Part shown: piece after piece, positions 40,447-52,360 of the stretch
Numbering within the stretch: position 1 is the stretch's first letter
Layout: each line of letters starts with the position of its first letter
NCBI RefSeq assembly: GCF_009914755.1
Contig: NC_060926.1
Length of the DNA stretch: 64,000 nt
Strand: one strand, 5' to 3'
From: the human T2T-CHM13v2.0 reference genome, Homo sapiens
Notes under the pieces: model-generated
Told to the model about the DNA's origin: nothing
Databases searched by the model: none
What the model saw: the letters and a program-made list of their open reading frames with translations, nothing else
Position numbers and translations under genes: made by a program

Positions 40447-42055
40447 GTAACAAAATCTGTAGAGGAAGGAAGAAAAATCTTAACTTCTATAATAGTCTCA
40501 TATTATATTAAATGTTAAATTTTTGGAAAAAAAAATTGAGGTATTCAGAGAATCAGAAAAGTGTGGTACATACAAAGAAAAAAAGAGTAAAGAAACCGTC
40601 CCTGTGAAAACTCATGTTTTGCATTTGCTTTTAAAAGACTTTATTTCAGCTTTTATAAATATGTTCCAAGTAATAAACTATTTCTCATGAACTAAAAAAA
40701 AAAAAAAAAAACAAGAATTGTGTTTTGTCAAATAGAGAATGTTAGTAAAGAGAGAGAAATTATAAACAAAATTAAAAACTATAGAGTCAAAAATTACCGT
40801 AATTGGAATGAGATATTCATTAGCAGGACAAAAACAGCTGAATTGTCCTTAAAGACAAAAAAATAAGAAAACTAAAGGATAGGTCAGATATGATCATTCA
40901 GGTAGAGAAAGAGAAATAAAAAAAGAATAAAAAAAAAATTAACCTAGTCTCAAGAACAATGGTACGACATCAAGAATACTAATTTTTGCATAATGGAAAT
41001 CCCAGAAGAGGAAAGAAACAAGGAGCGAAAAATAATAATTGACAGCAAAGATCACTTGGTGGACATCAAGCAAACCATCTAGAGGCAAAACTCCTCATCT
41101 AAGGAATTCAGAAGTAATTAGCCTTTCCTATTATCTAAAGTAGGCATCTGGTTCCAGGGTCTTTTCCCCAAATTTATAAGTAATTAGAATTTCTATACAT
41201 CTCTGGCATGCATGTATATCAAAACTTATTGTGCAATCGTTGCTGACATTAAGGCACCAAAATGACCAATGTGGCTAATGTGGTTCAAATTACCCTTAAA
41301 ATCCCCCTTTAAGGTCTATAAATATCCCTAAGGAAAAATCCACTGTGGGCTCAGCTGTCTCTTGTTGAGGCACTGTGCTGTAAAATTTGGCAGCAATATT
41401 TCTATCTAATAAAAATTTCCTTTTCAAAGCTATACTGTTGACAGCAAATTCTTCTCACTACCATACGACCCGTGAGCGGAACACTTTGATGCTGGGGCTC
41501 TGATACCTCACCTGGAAATAACGTCTAAAAACTTACCAAATTCTGAAGTTTAGCAAGGTTTCGGGATACAAAATAAATGTAAAATATCAATTGTATTTCT
41601 AATTGTAGCTATGAACAATCAAAAAAGAAAATTAAGAAAACAATTCTGTTTGCCAGAGCATCATAAAGAATAAAATGTTTAAAAATAAATTTATCAAAGC
41701 AAATGCAAAACTTGTACATTGAAAACTGTAAAACACCTTTGAAAATAATTGAGGAGGATCTAAATAAATAAAAAGCATCTCATATATGTGAATCGGATGA
41801 CTTAACATTGCTAAATGTCAATAGACCACCTCAGATTGACTTGCAAATTCAATGCATTCTCTATCAAATTCTACTTTTTTTTTGCAGATATTTACAAGCT
41901 TGCTTTAACACTCATATGGAAATTTAAGACACTCAGAATAACCATAATAATCTTGAAAACAAAATGTTGGAAGATGTATGTTTCTTAATTTCAAAGTTCA
42001 CTACAAATTACATTATTCAAGACAGGGTGGCACTGTCATAAGGATAGAGATACAG
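40447..42055 (+). mobile_element. Old L1M (L1MB/MC-like): ORF1 start fused to a mid-ORF2 segment
   Basis: ORF1 motifs to aaaacttaccaaatt (~41542), then directly agtttagcaaggtttcgggatacaa...cataaggatagagata of ORF2. Confidence 0.7.
41040..41517 (+). mobile_element. ERV1-class solo LTR (MER67-like)
   Basis: tgacagcaaagatcacttggtggacatcaagc...ggcaaaactcctcatct; TATAAA at ~41317 and AATAAA at ~41408; flanks ataat/ataac; host L1 ORF1 resumes. Confidence 0.75.
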
Positions 42056-43219
42056 TTAACTTACTCCATCTGTTGATAAACAATCTTGGAAAGATTGCAA
42101 TTCAAATGATATTAAAAGAAAAAATAAACATACTGACAACTTGTAACTTATGGAAATATAATGCAGAATCAAATATATTGAATGATGTACAAAAACTCAA
42201 AGAATAATATTAATTCTGAAAATGATCTATGGCATTGATCTAAAAAATGTTTTGGAAATAGTATTGGATTCTCAGAAGAATAAAATAAGTTATTGACTAG
42301 ATAATATACGGAAAAATTTGAAATACTTTCCCAGAATACATAGGACACAGATGAAAATTAAAAGAGAAAAGATGTAGTGTAGTGTAGTTATGGAAACTGC
42401 AAACTGGTAATTTAAAATGCAGATTATTGGTGATTACTTATAGAACACAACAAATAGGGTAGAAGTGGTAGCCATAATTATATATTTCACTGTATGTATA
42501 ATAAAATAGTTCATACAACATCATTCTAAAAACACCTACATGTAAACAAATGGGGTTGTAGGAGAAATTTCATCTCATAAAATGTCAAAAGCAAAGTAAA
42601 AAATGAAGATCAGCTTTATACAGATAGTAAAAAATAAACAAACTAATCACCCTCACCTTTTCTGTTAAAACTAAAAATGATGGAAGAAAAATATAAAAAG
42701 TAAAACAGCATAAGTAATTTAATGTTAAAAAATAAAAGCTTGTGACAAGATAATTTTCTGTGCAGTCATACTTTCAATATAAAAAATACTCAAAGTAAAT
42801 AGGGTTCAAAAGATATAAATCTGTTTGCTTTCCTTTAAAATATTTTATACAGACATAATCTTATAAATTGAGAGAAAAATAAAAATTAATACTCCTAAAC
42901 GCCAAGCCTGGTAAAATGTATAACAATTAGAAAGCCTTAGGGATAATACAGAGTTAATATAAATAATTAGAAATTTTGTTAGAACTGTGAAATCAAATTA
43001 TAATTAATAAGGTAATGTCTATGGTATATTATACCTCTGAAGCTAAAATAAATTATAGTTTCTAGCTATATATTCTTTTCTCATCTTCTGGTAACAAACA
43101 CAGTCTCCCACACATCAGTTTTTGTTACCTATCCTCCTCCCTGGTGAGAATCTCTATCAAGGTGTATCATCTATCCTTCCCAAAGTTAGTCACATTGAAA
43201 CTGTTTTAAATACATACTG

Positions 43220-43702
43220 GAATACTTTAAGCCTCCTCTCGAACAGTCCTTGAAACATGGACTAGCTTGCTGACTCAATTCTAATGCATAGAAAGTATCA
43301 GAAGTGCCAGAGTTTTGACTTCCAATGGTAAGTCAGAAGAAGACAAAACAACTTCTATCTGACTCTCTCCCTACAGCTCTGAGCTGACATGTAAAATTAT
43401 GGCTACCCTAGAGCAAGAAACAGATTCCTGAGGATTCTTCTCTATCCTATTCCTATGCTCCTCAAAACCATCTAGCATCAAACTCCAGATATGTAAGTGG
43501 GCAAGACTTTAGACAATTCCAGGCTACAGCCTCTGAGGCCCCTCTGGTAAGCACTAAGTGAAGCAAACAAGGCTCCCCTACTGAGCCTGATGTGAATTCC
43601 CGATATACAAAATCCACCAGCAAAATGAATAATTTTTTTATTGATTGTTTTTTAAGACTAGGCTTTTGAGTAATTTGTTTAGAAATAATAATCGCTGCAA
43701 CA
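43220..43702 (+). mobile_element. MLT1 (F/G/H-like) MaLR LTR
   Basis: tgacttcca...agtcagaagaag...ctgagctgacatgtaa...ccagatatgtaagtg...ttgttttttaagactaggcttttgagtaatttgtt...aaca. Confidence 0.7.
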
Positions 43703-43744
43703 CACATTGACCAACTTTTTAATTAGAATACTCCTTCCACTTAG

Positions 43745-44194
43745 ACATGTAACTGGTTTAAGAATGACCACCCTTGTTCAAGCTGAGCCAGTCAGAATTA
43801 TGATTGATTATTTGATTGATTGTTTTGATTTGTTGTGATGTGACTTATTCTTTTGTCAGAGTGATTGAAAGAGAGATAGGTGAAGATATTGATATGGAAG
43901 CTGAGAAAAAGGTTTTCCCTGCATGTAAGATCATAAAAAACAGGTGCTTAATTACACTGAAGCTTGGGGAGCCACATTTATGATGATGAAAAGAGTATGT
44001 CTAGAAAAGGAATCAGAAACAAGAGAAGCAGAAAATGACAGACTGCAAGTAGCATATTTGAACCCTGGGATTCATCTTTACCTTAAATTAGCACTGCTAG
44101 TTAGCCTTCCCAGTATGTGGACCAATGAGTTCTTCTTGTGGCTTAATTTAGTTTGAACTGGTATCACATGTAATCAAAAGATTACTGAATAATA
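43745..44194 (+). mobile_element. MLT1 (J/K/L-like) MaLR LTR
   Basis: caagctgagccagtcagaat...tttgaaccctggga...accaatgagttcttcttgtggcttaatttagtttgaactgg...actgaataata. Confidence 0.6.
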
Positions 44195-45618
44195 GTGGTA
44201 CAATGTGTTTTGTTATTATCTTACAAATCTGATTTCCATAGACTTTTTTCGAATCAGCAAACATGCTATTTTTATCAGCATAGTTGCTAAGTCTCTGAAG
44301 AGTCAGGAAGCCCTCCAAGGACTTTCCTCTATCAAAATAATAATAATAATGATAATCATCATCATCGTTATTTTAGTGAATAAAAATTTAGGGACTTTTT
44401 AACAGGAAGTTGCTTTTTTGAGATCAGCTGGAATTGTGAGCTTACAAGTAAAAAATCACAGCCTGAAAATGTCAAAAGTTTGAGCAACTGACAGCAGAAT
44501 TCTGATTTGCCTAAAATAATTGAAAAGAGTGATTTGACAATACCTGATTTACATATTCTTAAAGAAAGGCAAGTAGGACTGAAGATATAGTTTATTTTTG
44601 AGTGGTATTATAGTATTGCTCAGATCCTCATAACTCTGATGCATCTAGAAGCTATTTTAAGATAACAAAATTATTTAATTTTTGTAAGTTTATTGAAGGA
44701 GCAATGCAAACATGTTTTCCTTCTTTAAAATATTAAAATGTGTTTGAGAATTAATATTTAAGGGACTGGTTTTATTCTCCATTTCAAACTTAGGAAGTAC
44801 AAAGAAATAGAATAAATCATAATATTCTTAGAATCTTAGAGAGAAATATAGATTCCCGTAATATATGTTGTATTATTCTCCCTTCTACCTTTCTTGCTTT
44901 AGACCTACAGTAGCCAATTATGTTTGTCCACAGGACATAAAATTTTATGATGTTATTCCTTCCAAAACCCAGTTTTTCTTCTAAGGAGAAAAAGTTTACA
45001 TTTTCCAAAAGGATGTATAACTTCTCAGCAGAGAAAAACAACCATGTGAGAAGAGAATAGGACATGAATATCCTCTCTCTCTTTCTCCCTCTTTCAGATA
45101 CAGACATTCATCAGATGCATGGCAAATTCATAGAATACAAAAAGACAGTTTCAAGAAGAATAAAGCATGACAACATTAGCAACAGAGCAGTATCCACTAT
45201 TCTGACTGTGCATGTGTGTGTGCATATGTGTGTGTGTCATTTCCCTGTCATATTGTCATTTTTGTTTTCTTGTGCTATGTAACAGAGTAGTTTGGCCAAG
45301 AGTCTGAGTTTTCTTTCTCAGAAATAAAAAAAAGAAAGGACTGTAAAGGAAAAGATCATAAGAGAGAATTGAAAGAATGTTGCCAAAAACCTGCTATCAT
45401 AAATATTAAGCACATAGGAAGCAGAGGCAAGGTAGCAGGGTGAGACTCAAGAAAGGGAGTAGCTGACTTAAGATACAGGAGAAATAAAAGAACCAAGAGC
45501 AGTACTGAAACGCAGAAAGTAGGTTGTACTATTACAAATTTGACAGGATTGTTTAATGGAAGCTAATTTCTCTTTTATTCTTGCAACTGTACCCTAAACA
45601 CTAAAGAGTGAGAGGCGG

Positions 45619-45906
45619 GGCCGGGTGCAGTGCCTCACGCCTGTAATCCCAGCACTTTGGAAGGCCGAGGTGAGTGGATCACCTGAGGTCAGGAGTTGGA
45701 GACCAGCCTGGCCAACGTGATGAAACCCATGTCTACTAAAAATACAAAAATCAGCCAGGTGTAGTGGTACATGCCTTTAATCCCAGCTACTTGGGAGGCT
45801 GAGGCAGGAGAATCGCTTGAACCCAGGGGGCAATGTTGCAGTGAGCCGAGATCACACCACTGCACTCCAGCCTGGGTGACAGGGCAAGACTCCATTGCAA
45901 AAAAAA
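45619..45906 (+). mobile_element. Full-length AluS (Sx-like), short tail
   Basis: ggccgggtgcagtgcctcacgcctgtaatccc...; TSD aaagagtgagaggc (45603-45616) / aaagaatgagaggc (45904-45917). Confidence 0.95.
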
Positions 45907-46198
45907 GAATGAGAGGCATCTGTTATCTTCCCCCTCAAAGTCAGATAAATTTCATGTCCTAGGAATTGTGGAATCTCTGGATTTGAAGGGACAACAGTAA
46001 AATCCCAACAATATTTTGAAAAATATTCAAATTTTAGAAGAGCAATGTTTCAATATATGGAAACACAAAAAAGACATAACTGAAAAAAGCTATATACCCT
46101 CAAAGACAGTTTTACTAGAGTATTTTCCAAAAAAAAAATATCCCTATGGCCAGTCCTACTTTCAACACCTTGTGTGGCTATGTGCCTCCTATGGGTCT

Positions 46199-46938
46199 TG
46201 TCAAGAGCCGAGCTGAGCTGGGGAGATATCAGCTGCCAGAGGTCCAGTAAGCGAATTATGACAAGTCAAATGAATGTAATGGTCAAACCTTTAATCATTT
46301 ACTGCAGTAGTATGAATAAGAGGCTACACAGGAGAAAGTGCTGGTTCCGACAATGTTCCATTTTAACCCCTGAAATTGCCCTAGTTGATGGTCAGGGTGA
46401 TCCCTGAAGATATGGGGTTTGTCTCACTGTAGAGAAATCTGGGAACAAAAAGTTTCTGCCATTTTATAGTCCCAAGGGATGAGGGAAGAGAGATGGGAAG
46501 TGCTAAGAACAGAGTAGAGAAATATATTTTTAAAAAGCCCTGATAAGTGATCTGGACAGAGGAGCCTGAGACAGGCCGTTGCAACAGGCTCTGATAAAGA
46601 AGCCTCAAATTGGAGGCACTTGGACTAAGAATTCAGATATATGTAAGAACATGGACAACTAAGGGATCCTGAGTCCTTGACTGCAACTTTTTCCAGAGAG
46701 TGCAATTCACTGGCTGTGTACCAAGTCTGGGGTGGGCAGTGTGGTATCCCCTTGTGAGTCTTGTCAGAGCAAAGCCTTTGCAATTGCCTACGATTGAATG
46801 TGAAAAATGACACATAGGATTTTGGTCTGAAACCAGACAACTAGGTCTGTCTACGTGAATGATAGTAGAAACAAGATTAGTAGCCAACTAAGCTGGAAGC
46901 TTTTAATGAGCACAGGTCTTGGTTCCATGTATTGAACA
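46199..46938 (-). mobile_element. Probable ERVL-class solo LTR, family not identified
   Basis: GC-richer block bounded by tg...ca; antisense ATTAAA (tttaat ~46290) near the left end; right boundary uncertain. Confidence 0.45.
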
Positions 46939-47219
46939 GATCATAAGGGGGAGTAAATGTGGGCATGGGGAAGTGCTTTACCCCAATTTTCTGGTCAGTG
47001 TAAATCTCCATGGAGCAATTATAAAATTGCAGTGAGGAGGAAACAGCTCCCCAACCTTGACCATGATTGAGTGAGATAAATATTTCTTACCCCAAAAAGA
47101 CAAGCTATTAAAGAACAATTAAATGGGATTAGAAAAATTAAGTAATGTAACATTTCTTAAACTGGAATATATAGAGCAAAAATTATACAGCTACAAAAAT
47201 TATACAGCTATAAAAATAT

Positions 47220-47640
47220 ACTAGTTAGGATTGCATTCAGGAGAAAGTAACAAACTAAAACTTATTGCAAATATAAAGCCATTTTAAATTACATAACAAG
47301 ACAACAAGGTATAGGCAATTTTAGGTTTTGTGTAATGACTCAGTTATGAATTCAACCCAGGATCTGTGTCATAATCCCTATAGTGCAGGTGGTTTGTGTT
47401 TGTGCTAAATGCCTCATGATCATTGGAAGAAGGTAGTGCTGTAGATGTCATGTCCATTATTGAGTCAGGGAGAAGGGATACAAGGAGCAAGTTAAGCAAC
47501 TTTCTTTCATGCTTGATACTTTAAAAGAAAGCAAGACTTTTCCAACAAGCCCCCCAGATGACGTCTGCATATATACCACTGGTTAAAATTGACTCATACA
47601 ACTACTCTTATCTGCAAAGTAAGCTGGAAAACCAAGTATC
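47220..47640 (-). mobile_element. MLT1J-like MaLR LTR
   Basis: tagttaggattgcattcagg...aagtaaca...cataacaag...tgcctcatgatca...cccagatgacgtctgcat...tgcaaagtaagctggaaa. Confidence 0.6.
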
Positions 47641-48835
47641 TCTCTAACAACTATGTAGACTTGAAGTCAATTTGTAGTCTACTATGTAGACTTGAAGTCA
47701 ATTAATTTGTGTACACAAATTAAAGCTCTATTTTTAGAAATTATTCTAATTCTTAGCATATCAATATTTTCACTCACTATTCTACCCTGAATAATAATTG
47801 ACACCAGGTCTATAAATGCATTGTTTAAAAAACATTCTTGGGATTTAACTGCCTTGGGATTGTTACTGTGTCTCTGTCAAAATTCAATAAATATTTAGTT
47901 TACCTGTGGATAGCTGATCATACAGCCAACTGACAAAATTGTTTTAAAGTTAGACTTCTAATGATAAGTATATTTCTTGAGACCTTTAATTTTTGCATTC
48001 ATATTGCATCTTCTAGGGATTCTTATACTATACTCGGAAAATGTACAGAAACTAATCATGGCTTTTAATTGCTAAACAAAGGCAGTGCATCATATTAATT
48101 TTATGTTTGTCTTATAAGAAATTGTCTTATTTTGATGTCCTTGGTATGATTTAGGAAGGGGATGAGCAAATACGTTTACCCTAATACAAAATGCCATTAA
48201 GAAGTTTTCCCTAATATAAAATGCCATCAAGACAGGTTAATTCTCTTGGTATTAAAGATATATTTTTTGTGAAAATATTCTCCATTTCAAATGTATATAT
48301 TCAGCCATTTTTCTATAAGGTTGAGAGCGGTACTACTGAAAAATACCTGATAGTCTTGTCAAAGAAGACAGATTATGTAAAAAAATCTAAATTAATATAA
48401 AATACCATTCCAACCTAGAAGAATAATGTAAAAGTGTAATTTTTAATTGGAAAGATGCCCATTATGCATTTTGTATTAAGAAAAATATTAAATAACCAAT
48501 TTATATTATTTGAGCAAATCTTTGTAAAATATAAGTATGCATGTTTGTGTCAATTTCAAAATGCAAAGACAAGAATGTGGAAGATTACAAACCAATGCTA
48601 AAAGTTAATTGACAGAAAGCAAACATTACGGCTGGCTACTTATGTATTATTCTAAATGTAAAAATAAGCAATTTTTGTAACAAATGACTGAAGTAAATGC
48701 ATTATACAGATAAAATATAAATATTTCTGAAAGGCAAGTAAGCCCCCATTTGTGAATTACTGAAGTATATAACAGTGTCACATTTATTTTTAGCTTAGAC
48801 TTTATTAGTTTTTGAGCTAGGAAAAAGTATATGAG

Positions 48836-49195
48836 TGTATTAGTCCATTCTCATGCTGCTAATAAAGACATACCCAAGACTGGGTAATTTATTTAAAAAA
48901 AAAAGAGATTTAATGGATTCACAAGTCCACATGGCTGGGGAGGCCTCACAATCATGACAGAAAGCAAAGAAGGAGCAAAGGCATTGTCTTACAGGCAAGA
49001 GAACATGTGTAGGGGAACCGCACTTTTTACAGCCATCAGATCTCATGAGACTTGTTCACTATCATGAGAACATCACAGGAAAATCTGCTCCAATGATTCA
49101 ATTACCTGCCACTGAGTACCTTCCATGACACATGGGGATTATGGGAGCTATAATTCAAGATGAGATTTGGGTAGGGACACAGCCAAACCATATCA
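48836..49195 (-). mobile_element. THE1C/D-like LTR (3' LTR of a provirus)
   Basis: tgtattagtccattctcatgctgctaataaagacatacc...gatgagatttgggtagggacacagccaaaccatatca. Confidence 0.92.
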
Positions 49196-49586
49196 TTCCA
49201 CCCCTGACCCCTCCCAAATATCATGTCCTCACATTTCAAAACCAATCATGCCTTCCCAACAGTCCTACAGTCTTAATTCATTTCAACATTAACTCAATAG
49301 TCCACAGTCCAAAGTCACATCCGAGACAAGGCAAGCCCCATCTGCCTATGAGCCTGTAAAATCAAAAACCAATTAGTTACTTCGTAGATACAATGTGGGT
49401 ACAGGCATTAAGTAATTACACCCATTCCAAATGGGAGAAACTGGCCAAAAGGAAGGGGCTATAGGCCCCATGCAAGTCCAAAATCCAGCAGGGCAGTCAA
49501 ATCTTAAAGCTCCAAAATTATGTCTTTTGACTCCATGTCTCACACCCACGTCATGCTGATGCAAGAGGTGGGTTCCCATGGTCTTG
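49196..49586 (-). mobile_element. THE1 internal sequence, 3' part only
   Basis: Polypurine tract on the minus strand (ttccacccctgacccctccc) abuts the LTR; tccaaaatccagcagggcagtcaaatcttaaagctccaaaa is THE1-int. Confidence 0.9.
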
Positions 49587-50079
49587 ATTTTTGTATGTGG
49601 TGAAAGCGGTCTAGTTTTATTCTTCTGCATATAAATATCTCATTTTCCTAGCATCGTCTAATGAAGAAATTGTCTTTCCTCAATGTATGTTCTTGGCATC
49701 ATTTTTGAAAATCAGCTGGCTGTAAATATGTGGATTTACTTCTGAGTTCTCTATTCTGTTTCAATGATACATGTGTCTGCTTTTATGCCAGTACCACATT
49801 GTTTTGATTATTATACTTTTGTAGTATATTTTGGAGTCAGGTAGTGTGATACTTTGGCTAATTGGGTTCTTTTGTGTTTACATACAAATTTTAGGATCTC
49901 TTTCGGTGAAAAATGTCATTGGCATTTTAATAGCAACTATACTGAATCTGGGTATTGCTTTGGATAGTATAAATATATTAGCAATATTAATTCTTCCAAT
50001 CCATAAACATGAGATGACCTTCTACTTTCTTCTGCATTCTTTTATTTCTTTCATCAGTGTTCTGTAGTTTTCATTGTAG
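49584..50079 (-). mobile_element. Inverted 5' segment of an L1MA (ORF2, antisense)
   Basis: ttgatttttgtatgtggtga...tttatgccagtaccac...attcttccaatccataaacatgagat...ttttcattgtag. Confidence 0.88.
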
Positions 50080-50825
50080 TACAACCATTATGGAAAACAG
50101 TATGTAAGTTACTCAAAGAACTAAAAATACAAATATCATATGATCCACAAATCCCACTGCTGGGTATATATCAAAAAATAAAATAAAACCAGTATGTTGA
50201 AAAATATCTGCACTCCCATGTTTATTGCAGCACCATTCATAATAGCCAAGATACGGAATCCACCTAAGCATTCATCAATGAATGAATAAATGAATGAATG
50301 AAGAAAAAGTGGTATGTTTACACAATGAAATACTATTTAGTCATTAAAAAATGAAATCCTGTTATTTGCAGAAACATGGATGATCCTGGAAGAGATTATA
50401 TTAAATGAAATTAGCCAGGCATAAAAAGACAGTGACAGCATGTTCCTATTCTGTAAAAGTGAAAAAGTTGATCTCATGGATGTAGAGAATAGAATGATGG
50501 TTACCAGTGGTTGAGACAGGTAGGAGGGAGAGGGAGATGAAGAGAGGTTGTTTAATAGATACCTAAATACAGTTAGCTAGAAGAAATAAGTTCTAGTGTC
50601 CAATAGAACAATAGGATCATTATTAGGATCACTATAGTTAATAATACATTTCATATTTCAAAATAGCCATATAAAGAAGATTTGGAATGTTCCCAACATA
50701 AATAATGTTTTAGGTGATGGATAACCTGATTACTCTGGTTTGATCAATGTTTATTATATGCATGTATTAAAATGTTACATGTATCCAATAAGTATATATA
50801 AGTATTATGTATCAGCAAAAATAGA
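50077..50825 (+). mobile_element. L1MA (MA4/5-like) 3' end
   Basis: tagtacaaccattatggaaaacagtatg...agaaataagttctagtgt...tttcaaaatagc...ttatgtatcagcaaaa. Confidence 0.88.
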
Positions 50826-51236
50826 AGCAATGTGCTAAGAAGAGTAGACATAGAGAAAGAGATTAGGTTCCCAGTATCTGTTGAGCCATGACACCAACAC
50901 GCAACTCCTTATTTTTCAATTCTCTTTTTGAAGGAGTCACATTTGTACTGTTCTGATTAAACCATTTTTATTTAGGGTTTCTAAAATACACAACTGAGTT
51001 TAATTGCTACTGAAGCCTAAAGATTTATGCCTGTTTATACATACATGTATATGCATTTTTGTGTGTATATGACAGATAATTGCAGAATTGTTGCATAGAA
51101 TTAGAAAATTACCACCAAAAATTGATATATATTGCTAAAAATTATCCAATATAAGGATCTCTTTATACAGGTTTAGATTTAAGAATAACAAATATGGTTA
51201 AATGATTAAAACAATCATTTCTAAGAAAAAATATTA

Positions 51237-51581
51237 CATATTAAGCATCACTAATTCAAAAATCCAAAATCTGAAATGCTCTAAAATTCAAACCTATTTG
51301 AGTGTCGACATGACATGACCACATGTGCAAAATTCTACACCTGACACTTTTGCTTTCTGATGACTCAATATCACAGTTTGTTTCATGCACGAAATTATTT
51401 AAAATATTCCATAACATTATTTTCAGTCTATTTGTATAAAAATATAAAAAACATAAATTTTGTGTTTAGACTTTGGTTTCAAATAGCTCATTTATGCATA
51501 TGCAAATATTCCAAAATCTGAAAAAAATAAATCCCAAAAACTTCTGGTTATAAGCATTTCAGATGAGGGATACTAAAACTG
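51237..51581 (+). mobile_element. Tigger4b (Zombi-derived non-autonomous DNA transposon)
   Basis: Degenerate TIRs (catattaagcatcactaattc / agatgagggatactaaaactg), TA on both sides, internal ctgacacttttgctttctgatg. Confidence 0.88.
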
Positions 51582-52083
51582 TATTTTATCTATGATGTTT
51601 TTAAAAATATTGTTCTTATCTTATGCTGCTTTATCAAAATAAATTTCCATACAAGATAAAAAAAGATATTTTTTCAACAGACACACACACATGCTAAGCA
51701 ATAAAGAACTGGCTTGAATTAATTCTACTCATTATAATTAAATTTTATCTAAGTATTATGAGTTTTTTTATACATACATGTATTTAAAAAATGTTTACTA
51801 GGTTATCTTGTAATGAAAAATATAAAATATACTGAAAAAGAGAGAGAGCCATTTTGAATAAACAAAGAGATAAAAATACATATAAACCATACATACTCCT
51901 CAAAAGATAGAGGCAATACCTCCTTGTTAGTGGTATCTTTGCTATAGGTAGAGTGGTCTTGACTTCAGATAAATCTTTATTATGTCAAATGCAATTTTGT
52001 AAACATGTACTTTTTAAATTCTAATCTTACATGGTTTTCTAATTCACAGTAAAGTTATTTTTCATTATCATTAGCTGCTCTAC

Positions 52084-52360
52084 GTAACTACCACATCTAT
52101 TGATCTACCTATACAGACATCTACATTTATATCTATATAAATTTCATGTAAACTTCTTATTATAGGAACTTTTTTGTAACTATCACATCTATTGATCTAC
52201 CTATACAGACATCTACATTTATATCTATATAAATTTCATGTAAACTTCTTATTATAGGAACTTTTTTGTAACTACCACATCTATTGATCTACCTATAGAG
52301 ACATCTACATTTATATCTATATAAATTTCATGTAAACTTCTTATTATAGGAACTTTTTTG
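52084..52360. repeat. 3x92 bp near-perfect tandem repeat
   Basis: Units start at 52084, 52176 and 52268; one substitution each in units 2 and 3. Confidence 0.95.

Noticed and set aside
52084-52360. Possible CRISPR-like array
   Set aside because: Head-to-tail near-identical units with no unique spacers, in a eukaryotic context.
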